Shown here piece by piece: positions 55,268-56,959 of a stretch of 56,959 bases of DNA. The position numbers and the translations under genes were made by a program. A model generated the notes under the pieces. The model had not been told where the DNA came from. It did no database searches and saw only the letters and a program-made list of their open reading frames with translations. Each line of letters starts with the position of its first letter. Position 1 is the stretch's first letter. The stretch is from a virus (taxonomy: Duplodnaviria > Caudoviricetes): positions 1 through 56,959 of the IMG/VR virus record IMGVR_UViG_3300030098_005115; one strand, written 5' to 3'.

Positions 55268-56959
55268 ATGGCTTTTATTACAACAACAGCAAATTCAATT
55301 TCTTCAGGGGGTACGATTTCTGGATCTATAACAATAGAGGGAGATTTGACTGTAAATGGAGATGGAGCAGGAGCTTATGACGAGATTGTAGATGGTAATT
55401 TAAGAATATCATCTACTAACAAATTAGAATTTGGAGATACGGGAACATATATACACCAATCTGCGGATGGAGTTTTAGATTTAGTAAGTGATACAGAGAT
55501 AGAAATAAACGCTACGACCATAGATGTTAATGGTGCTATGGAAGTCAGTGGCACTTTAACTGCTTCCGATGATTTGGTAGTTAGTGATGAATTAAGACCT
55601 TACGAAATAAGAGCTGATGGAACTAGTGGTGTTAGATTGGCAAATAGTCAAGGTGGTATTGTTGGTTATTTAGGATTAAGAAGTAGCGGTAATTATGGAT
55701 CAGGTTTAAAGTTAGAAGATGATATAGGCTCTATAATATTTGGTAGTGATTCAGATTATTCTGTTAAATACGATTCAACTTCTGATGCTCTTGAAATAAT
55801 TGAAGGTATAACAAGTGCGAGTGAAACCGTGTTATTTTCAATTAATTCCGATTCTGTAATTAGTCTATCTAATAACGATTTAGGAACTGGCAACACCCTT
55901 TTCGGAAAAGATACAGGCGATGCAATAGCATCTGGAGGAAATTATAATGTTGCTATAGGGCAAGATGCTCTTGGAGAAAACACTACTGCTGATGCAAGTA
56001 CTGCTATTGGGTACGAGTCTCAATTAGCACAAAATGGGGGATATAATACAACTGTAGGTTATCAGTCTATGAAACTCACAGGCGGAGGTACATGTTATTC
56101 TAATGTTGGTATCGGTAGCTTTGCTCTTTATAGACATTCAGGTCAATATGCAGTAGCTATTGGAGAGGCGGCAGGCTATACTAACTCTGCTCATTATACG
56201 ACTGCTATCGGAGCAGAATCATTAAGAAATAATACAGATGGTCAATTTAATACTGCGGTAGGTTATGGCTCTTTAAAGACTAATGTAGATGGTGATAAAA
56301 ATACAGCGATAGGTTATAAATCATTATTTACTTTTGAAGCAGATACAGATGGACATGGTTTAAATTCTGCACTTGGTTGGGAATCTGGAATGGATTTAAC
56401 TACAGGGACAGAGAACACCTTAGTAGGAGCAACCGCAGGTGGGAATTTAACAGACGGAGACCAAAATACTGCTTTAGGTGCTTACGCATTGGGGCAAACA
56501 ATAGCTGGATCTAATCATAATACTGCACTTGGATATTATGCTTGTGGAGCTGGGGACATAACAAATAGTGGAATAACAGCAGTTGGTGCATACGCTTTGG
56601 CTGAAAATGTAGGTGGTCAAAAAAATGTTGCTGTAGGATTTCAAGCAGGAAATGTGCTTACAGCAGGTAGTCAAAATACTATTGTCGGATATGATGCAGA
56701 TACAGATGATAACTCAGCCACCAATCAAACTGTCATAGGAAGTGAAGTAACAGGTGTAGCTGATAACTCTGTAACTCTTGGAAATGCAAGTGTTACTGCG
56801 GTTTATATGGCTTCAGATAGTGGGGCAATAGTTCATTGTGCTGGTATAGGCGATGGTACTGATACATTAGTTGCTATTGACACATCTAATAATGTAAAAA
56901 TAAATGGTGCTGGTGTTCAAGATACGGGAAATCCCGGTTGGACATTTATAGCTGGTAAT
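55268..56959 (+). CDS. tail fibre (module B), truncated by window end; 704 aa if joined to 13781-14203
   Basis: ATG 55268 MAFITTTANS...; NTAIG-type repeats; 564 codons to the edge, in frame with fibre A. Confidence 0.88.
   Translation, partial: MAFITTTANSISSGGTISGSITIEGDLTVNGDGAGAYDEIVDGNLRISSTNKLEFGDTGTYIHQSADGVLDLVSDTEIEINATTIDVNGAMEVSGTLTASDDLVVSDELRPYEIRADGTSGVRLANSQGGIVGYLGLRSSGNYGSGLKLEDDIGSIIFGSDSDYSVKYDSTSDALEIIEGITSASETVLFSINSDSVISLSNNDLGTGNTLFGKDTGDAIASGGNYNVAIGQDALGENTTADASTAIGYESQLAQNGGYNTTVGYQSMKLTGGGTCYSNVGIGSFALYRHSGQYAVAIGEAAGYTNSAHYTTAIGAESLRNNTDGQFNTAVGYGSLKTNVDGDKNTAIGYKSLFTFEADTDGHGLNSALGWESGMDLTTGTENTLVGATAGGNLTDGDQNTALGAYALGQTIAGSNHNTALGYYACGAGDITNSGITAVGAYALAENVGGQKNVAVGFQAGNVLTAGSQNTIVGYDADTDDNSATNQTVIGSEVTGVADNSVTLGNASVTAVYMASDSGAIVHCAGIGDGTDTLVAIDTSNNVKINGAGVQDTGNPGWTFIAGN
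56871..56959 (+). repeat. 89-bp exact direct repeat, copy 2 (window end)
   Basis: Identical to 13692-13780. Confidence 0.95.

Noticed and set aside
1637-56674. Short ORF-track entries antisense or out of frame within long genes (e.g. 1637-1906, 2958-3248, 19404-19661, 48599-48922, 56474-56674)
   Set aside because: Shadows of well-supported genes; no RBS or recognisable motifs.
1-56959. Alternative genetic code (stop-codon reassignment)
   Set aside because: Long genes are intact in the standard bacterial code, and TAA, TAG and TGA all end genes at coupled junctions.

Overview
AT-rich tailed-phage DNA (podovirus-like Caudoviricetes); no host genes, rRNA, integrase or CRISPR array were seen. 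The window holds TWO complete, homologous but divergent head-packaging modules on the + strand. Module A spans 2539-14203 (terS, terL, portal, scaffold, major capsid, neck proteins, tail fibre). Module B spans ~40869-56959 (same order, plus lysis genes and small basic proteins). The last 89 bp of the window (56871-56959) are identical to 13692-13780, in frame, inside the two fibre genes. So 13781-56959 closes into a 43,179-bp circle, a plausibly complete phage B, with part of a second phage A (1-~13.7 kb) attached through a shared fibre tip. This is either an assembly chimera or a real cointegrate/recombinant. Circle B has tail/ejection genes (15.7-27.0 kb, +) and a minus-strand early region (27.0-39.9 kb) with Cas4-like, HNH and resolvase-like nucleases, an SSB-like protein and ArdC. 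It has no recognisable polymerase, helicase, primase or initiator. Notable non-coding signals: a cis-element and a TATAC-rich tract upstream of terS in both modules; repeated ECF-sigma-like promoters GGAAC-N17-GTATAA; a 44-nt tRNA-elbow mimic after ardC; and two genes that appear to need non-canonical start codons. Functional calls come from motif recognition by eye, not database searches.
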